Origin: Thalia democratica
Taxonomy: Eukaryota
Assembly: GCA_965202585.1 (NCBI GenBank)
Contig: OZ241831.1
Coordinates: 53,754,001 to 53,818,000, forward strand
Direction of reading: 5' to 3'
DNA length: 64,000 bases
Each line of letters begins with the position of its first letter. Within the stretch, counting starts at the first letter, position 1. Positions 36,537-49,549 of this stretch are shown here, piece by piece. A model generated the notes under the pieces. The model had not been told where the DNA came from. It saw only the letters and a list, made by a program, of their open reading frames with translations, and did not search any database. Position numbers and translations under genes: made by a program.

Positions 36537-39500
36537 CAGTGGTCGGCACGCTAATTTGAATTCGTGAACCCTAAATCACAAAATTAAAATTCGGTGCACC
36601 CCAATTTTCATTCTTTAGCGCCGCTAGTGTTGAAAAATATGTAAATACTTTCAATCGACTTTTTTACTAATAATTCGAGAACACCCAGTTAATTTTTACA
36701 CGCTAACTTAAAATTGACCACTTTACCCTATCCATTTTAATAAACTTATATCGATGATCTAATTTTTACAACAATATTTTACTTGTATCACCCAAGTCTA
36801 AAATACTAACTAGATTACCACAATCCAAATTAACAATCAGCAGTCTTGGTACTTTTTATTGCATGGTAAATTTATTTATTTAGTTAACTAACTTAATGAT
36901 TTTTTATTAAGCGATTACTATATGTGTTTAACAAATGTATTGCCACGAAAAAATAGCGAAAACAAAAATTACACCAAAAAGTAACGAAAAAAAGACATGA
37001 AAAATCTTATCACAGCTAAATCCGTTTTGTTGACCTGGAACTGTCTATGTTGGTCTTGTTGCTAGCACGAGTCTGATCAAACCTAAAATTTAGGTTTTAA
37101 AGTTAATGCCTAGTAATAATTCAGGTCTTAATGAGGTTTATTGAGGTTTATATGCCCAAAAGTTATTTTTGGTTGAAGGACCTGGATACACAAAATGACC
37201 TCTCGGTCATCGAGTTGCATACCCAACTTTAATCAAATTCATAATGAGCTAAAAATTATTAAAAAAAATTAACAGTTAAAATTCAAACTCTAAAACAAAA
37301 AACTTTTCAAAATGAGACTATTAAATTGAAAACATTAACTATTTTTTATAAACTATTATATCAACAAACAAAAAATTATATAATAGTATCTAACATCATA
37401 CACACATAAAATCTATATTGAACTTTACGTTAAAAGGTAAAGTTTTAACCTGAAAGGTTTTTTAATTTAAAACTTATCAATAGTTTAATCTTTTACATGT
37501 CTTAAAAAAAACAAGACTTATATATATTTAAGTTTTGAAAAGTATGTTTAAAAATTTGTATTCTACTATTTAACTTATTAAAATAAGTAAGAATAAAAAT
37601 GAGCTATAACATAAAGAAAATATAACTACAACGTTCAATAAAAAAAGGAAAAAAAAAGCTGTTACAAATAAAAACAAGTAATTTTTTAAACTAATTAAAA
37701 TGTTAATGATTTAAAAAAAACAAGTAAATTAATGAAAATTAATAAAAATTAACATAATAATAATAAGATTTTTCTCAAAAGTTATTAAGCACTTATAAAA
37801 ATGAATAAATCATTTTTGTAAAATTTAAAAATGTAACAACATTAGTAGAAGAGACATTGACTTTTAATTTTTTTAGTGTAATTAAGAGACTAAAATACCG
37901 AGAGACCTAATATTTTTAAACTATCTTACCATAATGAGCTGTTTATTTGAACTGCTACTGGGTTGCGGTTCCTTTTGTCAAGTAAGTTCTTCAATTGAGG
38001 TATAATGTCTCAGCATAAGTATCTTTTTAAAAGTTACTTTGCCAAAGTTTTCCGACCTTTAAAATAGCATAAGAGTTATCCAAAGTAGTTTGAGTGTGTA
38101 AAAAGTTTATCAAAAAACTAATGTCATTACTGATTCCTAATCTAGTTTAATCAATATTAAAAAATACTTTATAGCTTCAAAAAAATTGTCCTGATTAAAC
38201 TTATAAAACTTTTTATTTCTATAAAAAATATAAAAAACCACTTTAAGTAAAATATTTGGTTTAAGATAAGTAATATAGAGTAAATTTGATATCTTACTGT
38301 AAATATTTAAAATTATTATTGTGTTATATTTTTTTTTAGCTTAGTTTAATAAAAGAAGTTATATTTAAAATCAGAGTTTTAGTATGTAAAAGATGTAAAA
38401 TGCAAAAAAAAAGTTAAAAGGACAATCAATAATTTGCAAAAAAATAAGATTTTAAATATTTTAAGACCAGGGTTGCTTTTCTTTGAAACAAAAACATTTT
38501 TTATTATGTCAAACATTTAATGTAGATACTGTTAAATTAGTTTTACAGGATTGTAATCCTTTTGGTTAAAACTGATTTGACAGATCAAGACTGTCCTGAA
38601 TGACTTTAAACTGAACTGTAGTCATCTAGGTTTTTTTCATTTTTTTATTTTATTTTCAAAGGCAAGAAAAACAAATATCTTCAGCAAAAAATACTAAAAA
38701 TTACAAAATAAATTATTGGGACTAAATTAACTGTATCTCATTCAAAATGTAGAAAAAAAATGCCTGAAATCTTAAAACTATACTGAGATAAAAATAACTA
38801 TCTTGAGTCAGCCTGGGTTTAAAAAAGAAATTTAAAGTGTTCCAAGTTATATTATGTCATACTGAGATTTTCAAAATTTTAAAATATCCAGGATTATTTT
38901 GATTGTGTGGCAAACTTGTTGATTACCTGAAATATCAAATTTATAACAAATATACAATTCTAAACTATAATTTTAAAGCAAAAAGGGTTGTTAATCAAAA
39001 ATCAAAACCAGGCTCAAGCTCAGGAAAAACATTCTAACCTAAAATGGGTATTTTTTTAAAATTCTTACTAGTTTGAGTTTTGATAAAGTATCATAAAACC
39101 TTTAAACTGTCTATATTTTTGCATTTACATAATAAAAATACTGAAAAAGATATCAATTAACAGTATGTTTTCTTTCAAAATATTCAAATAAAGTAAAACA
39201 AATGAGGAACTGTACAATATTTTGAAACTTTCAAAAAATAAAACTATATCCAAATAAGCACAACTAAAACAGAAAAAAACTAGCTTAACATTTCACAAAT
39301 AATAAATTTTTAGTTCTAATTATAAAATTATAAACTATTAAATACTAAACAAAATTTTTAGTCTTTTTTTAAATGTTTGTTAAGCATAAAGAAAGATTTA
39401 CATCTTAAAAACACATACTATAACTCTTCTAATAAAAATATTAAAATTACTGCTTAATATATTTCATAAATTTAAGAACAAGCATTAGCACTGTTGTTAC

Positions 39501-41115
39501 TCTTCGAGTTAAAAAACTATCCTGACTCTTTAACTTTGAAATTTTTAAAAAACATCATATATAAATATTCAGTATAAATAAAGTTTAAAAAACAACTCAA
39601 GTTAATCATCAAAATTGGAATTTTAAAAAAAAATGTTAAAACTACAACAAAGAAATTTCATTTAATGAAATAAACAATATTAGAACAAGATTCAAAAAGC
39701 AAATTATCCTGGGAATTGTAAAATATTTATACTGTCCTGAGTTGCACTAAGTGTAGGACTCTGTATTAGTTACAATAAAATTAGCCTTGGTCATCTTGAG
39801 TTTAATAAAGAAAAGAGAAAGCCAAAGCTCAAAAGTGGCAGTATACTTAAAGTAATATTTTGATAAATGACTAAATATATTTTTCATGCTTCAAAAAAAA
39901 ATCATAAATGTATTCAAAGATTCTACACAAGTACCAAAACTAGACTACCTTTTACAAGAAAAAAAAATGCTTTTCAAGACTTTATTTCTAATATAAAAAT
40001 TACTTAGGCTGAGCAACCTTCAATCATAAGACAGATACAACATATTTTGTTAAACCAACAGATCAAAATAGCTAGTAAATAAAATAATTAAGAGAATAAA
40101 TTTTTCAACTTTTAAAGTCAATAAATTTAAGTAACAAGTTGTTTAATAAAAAGCATACCTAGCTAGCCTGAGATTTACAAAAAAAAGAAAAGTTTTAGCC
40201 TTCCTGAGATTTTCAAAAACATTTATAAAATTCAAACTATCCTCAGTGTGTAGTAACTCAATGTCAATTTGAGCCTATAGTTTCTTTACATTTTATATGT
40301 ACTATTCAATTATGGATAGGTTAATAAATTAAATATAAAAATAAATTTAAAGGAATAATATTTACTCAAATTGTGTTATTCAAAATTTAAAGCTGTTACT
40401 TAAAACTTGTTCTTTACTACTGTTATGCATCTATTTAGAGAGAATTATTAATATACTTTAACTATTTTTATCTTAATTTAAGTATTTTTAATTGAACATC
40501 AATTCTTTTATTTTCCTGTAAGTATAAAAATTATCTCTAAATTTTCATCATTATTGAACTATTAATATAATTATCATGTGAATATTCTAATAGAAATTAT
40601 TGTTTAGTTTTAAAAGTAGGTAATATTAATAGTTTATAAAAGGAACTTTCTTCACTAAGAAAAATATTGTAATCTACTAATACTATAAGTAAAATGAAAA
40701 TACTAACCTTTTAAATATAATCATGGTCGTAGCTGGATGAAAGCTTCCTCCACATCAGTCAACTGAATTCAAAAGATCTTAGATCATTCTCTCTATTCTT
40801 TCAGATGCAAACTGCAGCCTCAATGTTTATATAAAGAATGATATGTGATTTTTAAAACCAAAATAGATCATGAGAGTAAAATGGCCAATAAACTAAAAGC
40901 TAAACTAAACACCAGGGCTGGATTTAACTTAAATATTTGAGTATGTTGCTTAAACTAAATAAATATAATAATAATAAGACAAAAAGTAAAGTTTTGTGTA
41001 ATCTCAAAATTTCGTGCACCCCTAAATGACTTTTGTGTACCCTAAAAGTTTCGTGCACCCCAAAAAAAGTTTCGTGTACACTAGTGTGCACCAGTGTACA
41101 CCGTGCCGACCACTG
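36537..41115. mobile_element. 4579-bp non-autonomous hAT element
   Basis: Perfect 14-bp TIR CAGTGGTCGGCACG / CGTGCCGACCACTG. Perfect 8-bp TSD CTTTAAAC (36529-36536, 41116-41123). TTTCGTGCACCCC-type subterminal repeats at both ends. No ORF of 60 aa or more inside. Confidence 0.9.
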
Positions 41116-41343
41116 CTTTAAACGATAATAAATAAATAATATACAAAAATGTTACTGTAATAAAGTGCCAAAAATATAAATAATTAAATCTACCTACTTG
41201 ATAAAATAAGCAGATTTAGAAAAAATAAATGTTAATCTATTTTGATAATCGGCACAAAATTCTATTTTTAGCTACCTTAGTAAAATACCTCTGTTAAATT
41301 AATAGCTTGGTTATAAAAATATTTACAAAAATAAAATAAGATA

Positions 41344-43020
41344 CTACTCATAATTGCATTTGTAAAGTCTAGTTGTTCTTTTCCTTCGAAAGTTTGAAAA
41401 ATTATGTTGTTTTCTTGAAACTTCTAAGCTTTCAACATCAGCAGCTATTTCATTCAAAATATCTTTAGAAACATTAGAATCAATTCTAAGATACTCCTGT
41501 ACTTTATTTAACTTACCATTTATAACAAGTTTAGTTACTTTTTCAATCGAATTACATCTTGCCTTTTGAACTTCAGAAACAACAGTATTGTTTGAATCAA
41601 CAGAAATCGGCTTACTTTTTTGTGCAGTTTGCTCAGATAGATTTTCAACATTACATTTAGTAGCTTTAGGCTGTTCATAAAAACTTTCTCTTTTTGTATT
41701 TTGCTTAGGGACAATACTCTCAATTTTATTTCCTTTATTTTCAATTTTTTCTGATAGGAAATCTTGGTTTGATACTTTTGTTTTTGCTTTAAAAGCTGGA
41801 AATTTTTTGTTTCTACTTCTGTTTATCTTATTTTCGTCTAAAAACTTATTTTTTGTTTCTAAATTTTTAGAGTTTCATAAAGCTCCTTAAATTAAGTATT
41901 CTCTGATTGATCAATAACACAAACTTCAATTTGGACAATTTTACTTTTGATAGATTTCTTAAGGAAGCTGTCAATAATATTAATAACATGATCACTGCTA
42001 CAATTCAGTAATTTTTCCAAATTTCTACCTAAATGAGGCTTCAAATCACTTAATTCCAACCTAATTGTCCTTTTACTCTCTGGTACAGATATTGTTTTAT
42101 AGAAAATTTCTTTACCTAAGATAAAAACCGTAATTTTAAAAAACTGCATACATTTCTAATTCCTTATAATATTTACAATATTTGGGATTTATTTAGAAAT
42201 ATGAACAAGTTTAACTTCATAACTGATTATACTAATATAGTTAACTGATTATCATTAGTTAAATTCTAAACAAAACATTATTTTTAGTTTTAGAACTACT
42301 AATCTACTTTTAAGTTTAGATCTACAAAGATAAAATCTGTTGTTATATTTTCTATAGTTTATTCGGAAAATAACATGGTGTTAAGTTTATAAAACTGTAA
42401 CAAAAAATTTTTAAACTTACTTTTTCATAAACAAACAAAGCATAAAATTTTATTTTAGCATTATTATGTGGTAAAGTTAAGTAAACAAGATAAATTAAGC
42501 AACTTTTTGTAGACTCAAGCTAAAATTTAAAAGCTATATGAGTTTTATGAATGATACCAGAACTTATTAAAACTTAGCAAAAATATATTAATATTATAGA
42601 AACACACTTACCTAGGATATCGTTTATCCAATTCTCTTTTAAGTTATTCAAACAATTAAGGTACTGGAATTTGCTGTATTTGATATTGAGACCCAAATAC
42701 TTCCAATTTTCATTTTAAAAATAATTTTCAGTGTCATTTAAACTTTTAAGTCCGGCTTCAACGTACAAGTAAGTTCGAGAACTGAATTCGTAAAACTCCC
42801 TAATTTTTAACATTTCTTGGAGAATCAAGTCTTTAAAAGCTGTTTTTTCTTTTTTAACAACATAAGCATAAGGGTTTACAAAAGTTTTTCCTCTACTGAA
42901 AAATTCAGTTTGAACTTTTTTTAAGAAATTGTTTCTATTTAGTTTTATGTCTACAATGCTATCTTTTCTTACTAAAAAGTTTCCTTTAGGTCCGATTAGA
43001 ATAAATTGGCTGTCGTTCAT
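41344..43020 (-). pseudogene. Two-exon gene of unknown function with nonsense codons and a frameshift
   Basis: Exon A 43020-42612 has an in-frame TAA at 42715-17 and donor G|GTAAGT. The intron is 42611-42116. Exon B starts at 42115 after TTTTTATCTTAG in matching phase 1. A second TAA is at 41892, then a 1-nt shift leads into a 176-codon stop-free frame (41874-41347). Confidence 0.65.
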
Positions 43021-43294
43021 AATGTTTAGAAATATAAAGTTCTAGCTTTAACCAAGTTAAGATTATGTATTTATACAAGTTCTAAATTTTAATTATTGAA
43101 TACCTTATTATCAATAACTGTTGATTTTGCTTTATTCTTGTAATTTATGTTAACAAAAAAGTTTAATTTACAACAACTGCTAATTACAGTGCATTTTATG
43201 ACTTTAACTTAAACTTAAACTTACATTAGATGCAACTGCTTTATTATTGCAATACTTATACTATTACTAATTCTAGTTATTTTAATTTAATTTT

Positions 43295-43395
43295 TGTATA
43301 GTTATCGATAACCGAAAAGTTTTTTCGTACACCAGGTCCTTGGACCAAATTTTTGAGCGCTTTTTTTTTCGTTCAATGAACAATATACTTTTAAG
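43295..43395 (+). repeat. Copy of a hairpin-bearing dispersed repeat family
   Basis: TCGATAACCG...CCAGGTCCTTGGACCAAATTTTTGAGCG matches 44400-44490, 37140-37235 (-) and partly 32545-32600. Confidence 0.6.
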
Positions 43396-44289
43396 CAGGC
43401 AAAAAGTTTTGTTGTACACTCTGTAGCAGAATTGGGTGTTATCTACAATCTTGGGGTGTTACAAGTTAAGTTTAGCAAAAGCAGAGTTTAAGTATTTTTC
43501 ACCTTATTTTCAAAAACCAGGTCAGGTCGATTTAATAATGAAAATAATTGCATTAGACTTACAAAACTCTTTTATGGAAATACATTCTAAATTGTATAAG
43601 GTTCATTTAGAAGGTTGTGGCTTTAAATGTTCAAAAGTTTAATCGTTTTTATATTTTGATTAAAATTTGTACTCTCAGGGAAGTTGTTTAATTTAATTAT
43701 GTCAAAACCCTAAAAGTACTTTTGATAAAAACGTTTGCTTAATATAAAAAGTAAATAAGCTTCATTACAACTATCAGTAATATAGATTGAATACTTAGTA
43801 CAGCAGATATTATTAGATAAAATTAATTATAGATTTTAACAAAACAAAATTCTTTTTTAAATTCTAAGTAGCTGTTTAATTTCAAAAAGCTAATAAAACT
43901 AGTTTTATTTAAAGTTTCATTAATTACCTTGAAAACATAAAACCTCATTTAGAACATAAAAGGTTTTTTAATGATAAAATAAAACGTAAGCTTTTTTTAT
44001 AGTTTTTTGTTTTGCTTTATAGTTTTACTTTTTTTTCTATTGATTTCTTATAAAGTATAGAAAGTTCTAAATTTATAATTTTATAATTTTTGTTTTATGA
44101 ATGCTTTTTAACAGTTGTTATTATGTATTATCTAGTTATTTATCTTTATAAAACTTCTTAATTTTTTACTTTTAAGTTCATTAAAAATATTATAAGACGG
44201 AAAATGGTTGTTCTTTATTTACTAGTCTAGAAATTATAATATAAGATTTTATAAAACTACATTACTAGTATATAAAGAAGTTAGTTCGT

Positions 44290-44495
44290 ATAGTTGGTTA
44301 TTCAAAAGCAAGTTTTGACTCAAACGTTGGACTACATACATGTCCTGGGCAAGACCGGTATCCATAACTCGGTGTGTGACTCGATAACCGAGTTATGGAT
44401 ACCATTATGGAAACCGAGTTATGATATTTTCGTGAACCATGTCCTAGGACCAAACATTTTGAGCGATATTATTTTTGTCTTCCAATAAACAATAT
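44290..44495. repeat. Quasi-palindromic copy of the same family with a perfect 17-bp hairpin
   Basis: GGTATCCATAACTCGGT (44357-44373) pairs with ACCGAGTTATGGATACC (44387-44403), 13-nt spacer. Confidence 0.7.
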
Positions 44496-45229
44496 ATTAC
44501 TACTAGTTTTTTTCTCGAACCTACAATAAGCAATTTATCAACTTTTTTGACATTTGTACTGGTTAGAATTGACATTATCTTTATGCCTACTTTATTGTAA
44601 GTAGTGCAATTAGATTATATAATAAAATTAAGTCTCTCTAAAGATTTTAAAAAGCTAAACGAATAGATCTATTAATCCAAATTGGTAATATTTAAATTTG
44701 TAAAAAAAAACGCGTAGCAACGAAAAACTTTTCTTTTGTAATTTTAAAAGTTTCTTTTAGTGATTTATAGTAACAAAAACTTTATAACGAAAGGAGCGTG
44801 AAGTAGCTTTGTAACTATTTCATGAAAGTAACTTACGTAAACTTATACACAAGTAAACCTACATTGTATTTAGAGCTTTAATTTTACTAGTCTTTGAACT
44901 AAAACGCATACTTTTTTAAAAAAATTAAGTTTTAATTTTAAGTTTAGCTTTTTTTGTTATTTCGATGCATGAAAATACAGAACTAATAGTACTCACTTTG
45001 TAACCGAACAAATGATAAACAATGTTTTTTCTTTAATAAATATTTCACTTTTTTTAAAACTTTCTAAACTTTCTGAAGCCTAAAGATATTTTGAAACTTA
45101 GGTCAGACTTATAGCAAATTTCAAAAATACATGTTTATACTTTAAAAAAAGTTTAGATTAAAGAAACTCTTTAAACTAAAGTTTCCTAAAGTGGGCTAAG
45201 TGGCCTCGCCCTCTTGGAAGCTTATGGGG

Positions 45230-45445
45230 CCATAGGCAGCAAAGAGGCACAAGGGGATATAAAGTTATAATTTGAAACTTACACTAGATATCCTGGAGTT
45301 GATGATGAAGAGCAAAACAAAGGTCTCAAGCGTTATTAAATGGTAGTTTTCTGAGAAATCTTGTTAGAGGGAGCAATGATTCAGAGCTTATTTTTTATTT
45401 CTTTAAAGGAGCCTTTTGAGAAAAAAAATTGCGAACTCCTGTTTT
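45230..45445 (+). mobile_element. hAT-like MITE fragment
   Basis: Ends in AAAATTGCGAACTCCTG, resembling a hAT terminus. The interior matches 60260-60512 (-) and 20450-20510 (-). Confidence 0.5.
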
Positions 45446-46739
45446 AAACGCTCTAGACAGATACTTTGCTAACAACAATATTTTAGTATGACACAAAAAT
45501 TAATTCATCAAATATCTTAAAAATAAGTTATCTTATTTTTACATATACCATTATTAACACTCCTTTTGCTAAATATTCAGTTTTTCTAAAAAATACAGGT
45601 CTTATTTAAAAACAAATGCTTTATGTTCGAAACTTTGTATCAAAAACTTTTTAATAAACAAAGGTTATAAAATGCTTTCTCTATGCTTGCTGTGACTTTT
45701 CTATACAAGAAGTTGAATTTAAAAATATGAGTTCTGCATGCGTATATTCATTTTAAATCAAGTTTAATATTAAGCTATTTATGAGTTTTTTTTATAGTTG
45801 ACATTCTATAAACTACTTGTAATTTGAAGATGTGAAACATTGCTTTGTTGTACTAATTATTATCAAGTTAGTAGGCAAAAACAAGTAATTTTTAAGACAT
45901 AGGTTTACTTTACATTAGTTTCTTAAGTACAGTTTAAAACAATTCGTCGTATTTCACCAGTTTTCTTTTTTTATGATATAATAACCTCAGCCTCAAACTC
46001 TATCCCTTGCAACGATGAACGTTTTCTGGGGAAAAGCGAGTTTTTTTTTTTTTTCGTTTGATCCTGTGTTTCGATTACTATTACTTATCAAGGTAAAAAG
46101 GTTATACATATTTTTGAAAACATCTTTTTATTGAGGTAACGCAAGTTTATTCAAAATAATAAAAAAATAGTTTTCGAGATGTGTAATAAATTTATGGTTA
46201 ACTAAATAACTGGTTTTCAAGGTGATGTGCTAGGTTACATTTAGTCTCTCTAAACCAAATTAAATCATACTGTATAAACCTATTTCTACATCATATTGTT
46301 TTTAAAACATATCATTCTTTTTTACCAAACTCCTTAAAAATTGATAATTGGAACATTTAAGATTTACTTTTTGAAGTAAATGTGGTATTTAGTTTTTTTG
46401 CTACTGAACCGTTATATCACAAAAATAATTCAACGTTAGTCAGATCTTTCAAAAATAAACATCAAAAGTATGTATGCTAATGCAGATTGTGTTAGTTCAA
46501 CAGCACACTCAAAGAACCTGAGTAATAATAATATCATAGGTCTAAGCTTCTTTAAAATATAAAGAAGTTTTTCATCGTATAAGTTTAAAACAATTTCAAA
46601 GGTTTAGAATTAGTAGTTTTAAAAATTATATGAATTAAGTTAAATAAGCTGAAAATAATTAGCTTAGAAATAAATCATCTTAAATAGCGTTCTATATTTG
46701 CTTTTATAAGTTACATTTCACATTCATAAAACTTATAAA

Positions 46740-47960
46740 CATCATTGAGATTTTTTACAATGCTTTGCATCAGCAGTAACTCCAACCACCCGAAGATAAT
46801 CAAGAAAAACCTACCCAAAATAAATGTATAAATAGACTGTCTGCAGACCTAAGAACCTTTGATAATGCAAAGCATAGCTATCAAGTTGCTCTGCTCCAAT
46901 CCAACTTCAAACACAAACTTGAATATGAAATAAACCAACCCTGTTGACAAAAAGAAACGTAAACGAACAAGAAAAATTAGGTACTTTAATCCTCCATACT
47001 GCCAATCAGTTAAAACTAACTTTGGGAGAAAATTCTTAGATCTAATTGACAAACACTTTAAAATTGAGAGCATTAAAAAGATCTTCAACAGAAGCAACTG
47101 CAAAATATCGTACTGTTGTATGGAAAATGTCAAATCATTAGTAAGTGGCCGCAATAAGACGATACTAAGTAAACTGAATCATAAGAACGACCAAGAGGAT
47201 AAAACATGCAACTGCAGCGACAAAGACTCCTGCCCCTTAAGTGGCGAATGCTTACAAGAGAATGTTGTATATAAGACGACAATTACTAGTCAGTTCGAAA
47301 TGAAGGAATACATAGGATCCACGGAAAGCAAATTCAAAAAGAGATGATATGCATACATTAGTGAAACTAAGAATGAAAATAACAAGGGATAACTTTCTAT
47401 GTACATTTGGAGATTAAAAAAAAAAACACATGATACGATTTAAGGTGAAGCATCATGCATAATATTAGAGAAATAAAAAGTATAAGTAAAGTCTGTAAGA
47501 CTTGCATTCTGGAAAAAATAGAAATAGCGCTTGCTAACAAGAAACAAATTTTAAACAAAAGACAAGAGCTCTTCTACACCTGCCCGCACTTTAGGAATTT
47601 TTTTTTTAAACTTAGCGTATTTCATTCTTTTATCACTTATTTTTGTTATTGCTCGTACCCTTATTTATTAAACGCCATTTTGTTTTGTGTTGTTATAAGC
47701 TAAATCTAAATCTGTATAGAACAAATCAGCTACTGTAAGTATAAATACTATTTAAAATTTATTAATTTTTTTCATTATAATTTTTTTTTAGTTTTGTTAA
47801 TTAGTTATCTAGTAATAACACTATATTTTTTAATTTAACTTAAATTTAATTATAATTTCTGCATTATTATAAATATTTAGTTATCCATCGTCTTATTTTT
47901 ATTATATTTTGCAGGCCTGAAGATTCCTTAGGGGTGAAACATTGTTGCCTTAGTGTAAAC
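46740..47960 (+). mobile_element. 5'-truncated, frameshifted Penelope-like retroelement (RT thumb, linker, GIY-YIG endonuclease, 3' region)
   Basis: SNSNHPKII; YFNPPYCQSVKTNFGRKFLDLIDKHF; CNC..KDSCPLSGECLQENVVYK; YIGSTESKFKKR; CKTCILEK; LNKRQELFYTCPH. These are typical PLE motifs. Confidence 0.9.
47913..47950 (+). ncRNA. Degenerate minimal hammerhead ribozyme at the Penelope 3' end
   Basis: AGGC-CTGAAGA-TTCCTTAGGGGT-GAAA-CATTG-TT-GCCT. Stem I AGGC/GCCT, intact core, weak stem II, short stem III, GUU site. Confidence 0.6.
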
Positions 47961-48202
47961 AAATGAATTTAATATTAACTTTGTCTCTGAAATTAAAATA
48001 GTTGATACCTTTTGTGCCCAAGGAATAGTCTTTGTATCTACCTAATGTAAATTTTATATTAATAAGTATTTATGATTTGAAAAGACATTCTATGTACATA
48101 TAGATAATAGTCATTTTAAATAATGAGCTAAATAGAGTTAGAACTTTATCTAGTGTGACTAAAACTAATATATTATTCAAATGTCATTATAACCAAAACT
48201 TA

Positions 48203-48265
48203 GGCCCGCGAAGACTTTAGAAACTTTAAATTTTGTCCGCGAGCAACAACTGCCTGCCGACCTCT
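48203..48265. mobile_element. Short hAT (Charlie-like) terminal remnant
   Basis: GGCCCGCGA...GTCCGCGAG...TGCCGACCTCT resembles hAT right ends. Confidence 0.35.
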
Positions 48266-48426
48266 TCTATAGGTAATAAGTTTAAAGACTTCATAGTTTA
48301 ATTTACACACTTTTTTTAGTAATAAGTATTATGGATAAGCAAAGTTACGTTGAATAGGTTATTATACTTTAAAGCTAATAAAAATGATATACTCTAAATG
48401 TTAATTAATTTAGTACTATCTCAAGA

Positions 48427-48965
48427 GGGTAGCTGTCAAATTTACGCGAGCGTACAAAATTGCACAAGAGCACAAAATTGAACTGAGATACATTTGCACG
48501 AAGACTTTTTTGCAAGATGGGATAAAATTGCACTAAGAAGAAATTGCACGAAGATACTTTTGCACAAAGCATCACTTTGCACTAGCAGACAATTTTGCAC
48601 GGGTTAAATTTTTATTTATTGAATTTTTTTATCTTTTAATTTTTTATTTTTTATCACTGATACCCCTTACCCTCGGTCGGTAAATTATTTGTCTTTTATG
48701 ACTTTTTTTTTGTTCTGATGTATTTTTTCTATCCTTGTAACCCTTAATCCTTACCCTCGGTCAGTAGTTAAATTATTTATTTTTTCTTTTTTTTTTTTAT
48801 TTATATTTATTTTTTTTACTTTCACAGCTACCTCTAACCCTTACCCTCGGTCGGTAGCTCTTTTTTTTTGATTATTTTTTGTTTATTATGATATATTTAT
48901 TAGTTACTTTTTTATTTTAAATTTTACTATCACTGATCTTCTTACCTTTACCCATGGTCAGTAGT
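48427..48965. mobile_element. One-ended copy of the TTGCACG-array element
   Basis: Starts GGGTAGCTGTCAAATTT, has TTGCACG-like arrays and CCTTACCCTCGGTCGGT repeats. Reverse complement of 35930-36327. Confidence 0.7.
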
Positions 48966-49549
48966 TTTTTCTTTTTTTTATAAGTTTTTATTAGTTTTTT
49001 ATTTTGTTTTTTAATCTATTGACAACTAAAAAAAATTTTCATATTGAAGAATTGTTTATCTTTTTATTTTAAATTGTAATAACTTGTTAGTTATAAACTA
49101 TAACATTACAATTAAGTAAAATTTTGTTAATATTATATTTGAGCATTTTAAAAAAACAATATATTTCTTACAAGACTTTAATATTTCTTACAAGTTCTAA
49201 CATATAAAAATATTAAGTAAACTTATATCTATAAAACATTATAAGTTTTAGAACTTTATCTATTAAAAACGTTCGAAGCGTTTATTTAAAAAATTCTTTT
49301 AAACAGAATTTTTTTAAATGGCAAAAGTAAACAAACCGAAATAAGGATTAAGATTAATACCTAAATAGAAAAAGTAAAGTCAATTAAAAATTTTTTACTA
49401 TCATGAACTCTAAAACTTGAGGAACAATTTATTTTACGTTTGACAAAAATTCGGAACAAAAATATTTAAAAATAGTCTTTTACTAAGAATATTTATAACT
49501 ATTTTAACTTACCATACAAAACAAAAAATTAAGTATATTTTTTACGTTA

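Noticed and set aside
32545-37235. Similar GC-richer blocks at 32545-32600 and 37180-37235 as paralogous exons
   Set aside because: They align with the hairpin repeat family at 43295 and 44290 and have no consistent splice sites.
40720-40830. Possible transposase remnant inside the 4.6-kb hAT
   Set aside because: The translations contain stops and no diagnostic hAT motif could be assigned.
41892-42717. TAA read-through or a non-standard genetic code to explain the in-frame stops
   Set aside because: ART paralogue 1 ends at TAA and paralogue 2 at TAG at homologous positions, and the locus also has a frameshift, so pseudogenisation is simpler.
46849-47154. 101-aa minus-strand ORF
   Set aside because: Antisense to the Penelope coding remnant.
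48660-48960. Telomere-like CCCTTA/CCCTAA motifs
   Set aside because: They are isolated motifs within CCTTACCCTCGGTCGG internal repeats of a transposon, not tandem telomeric arrays.
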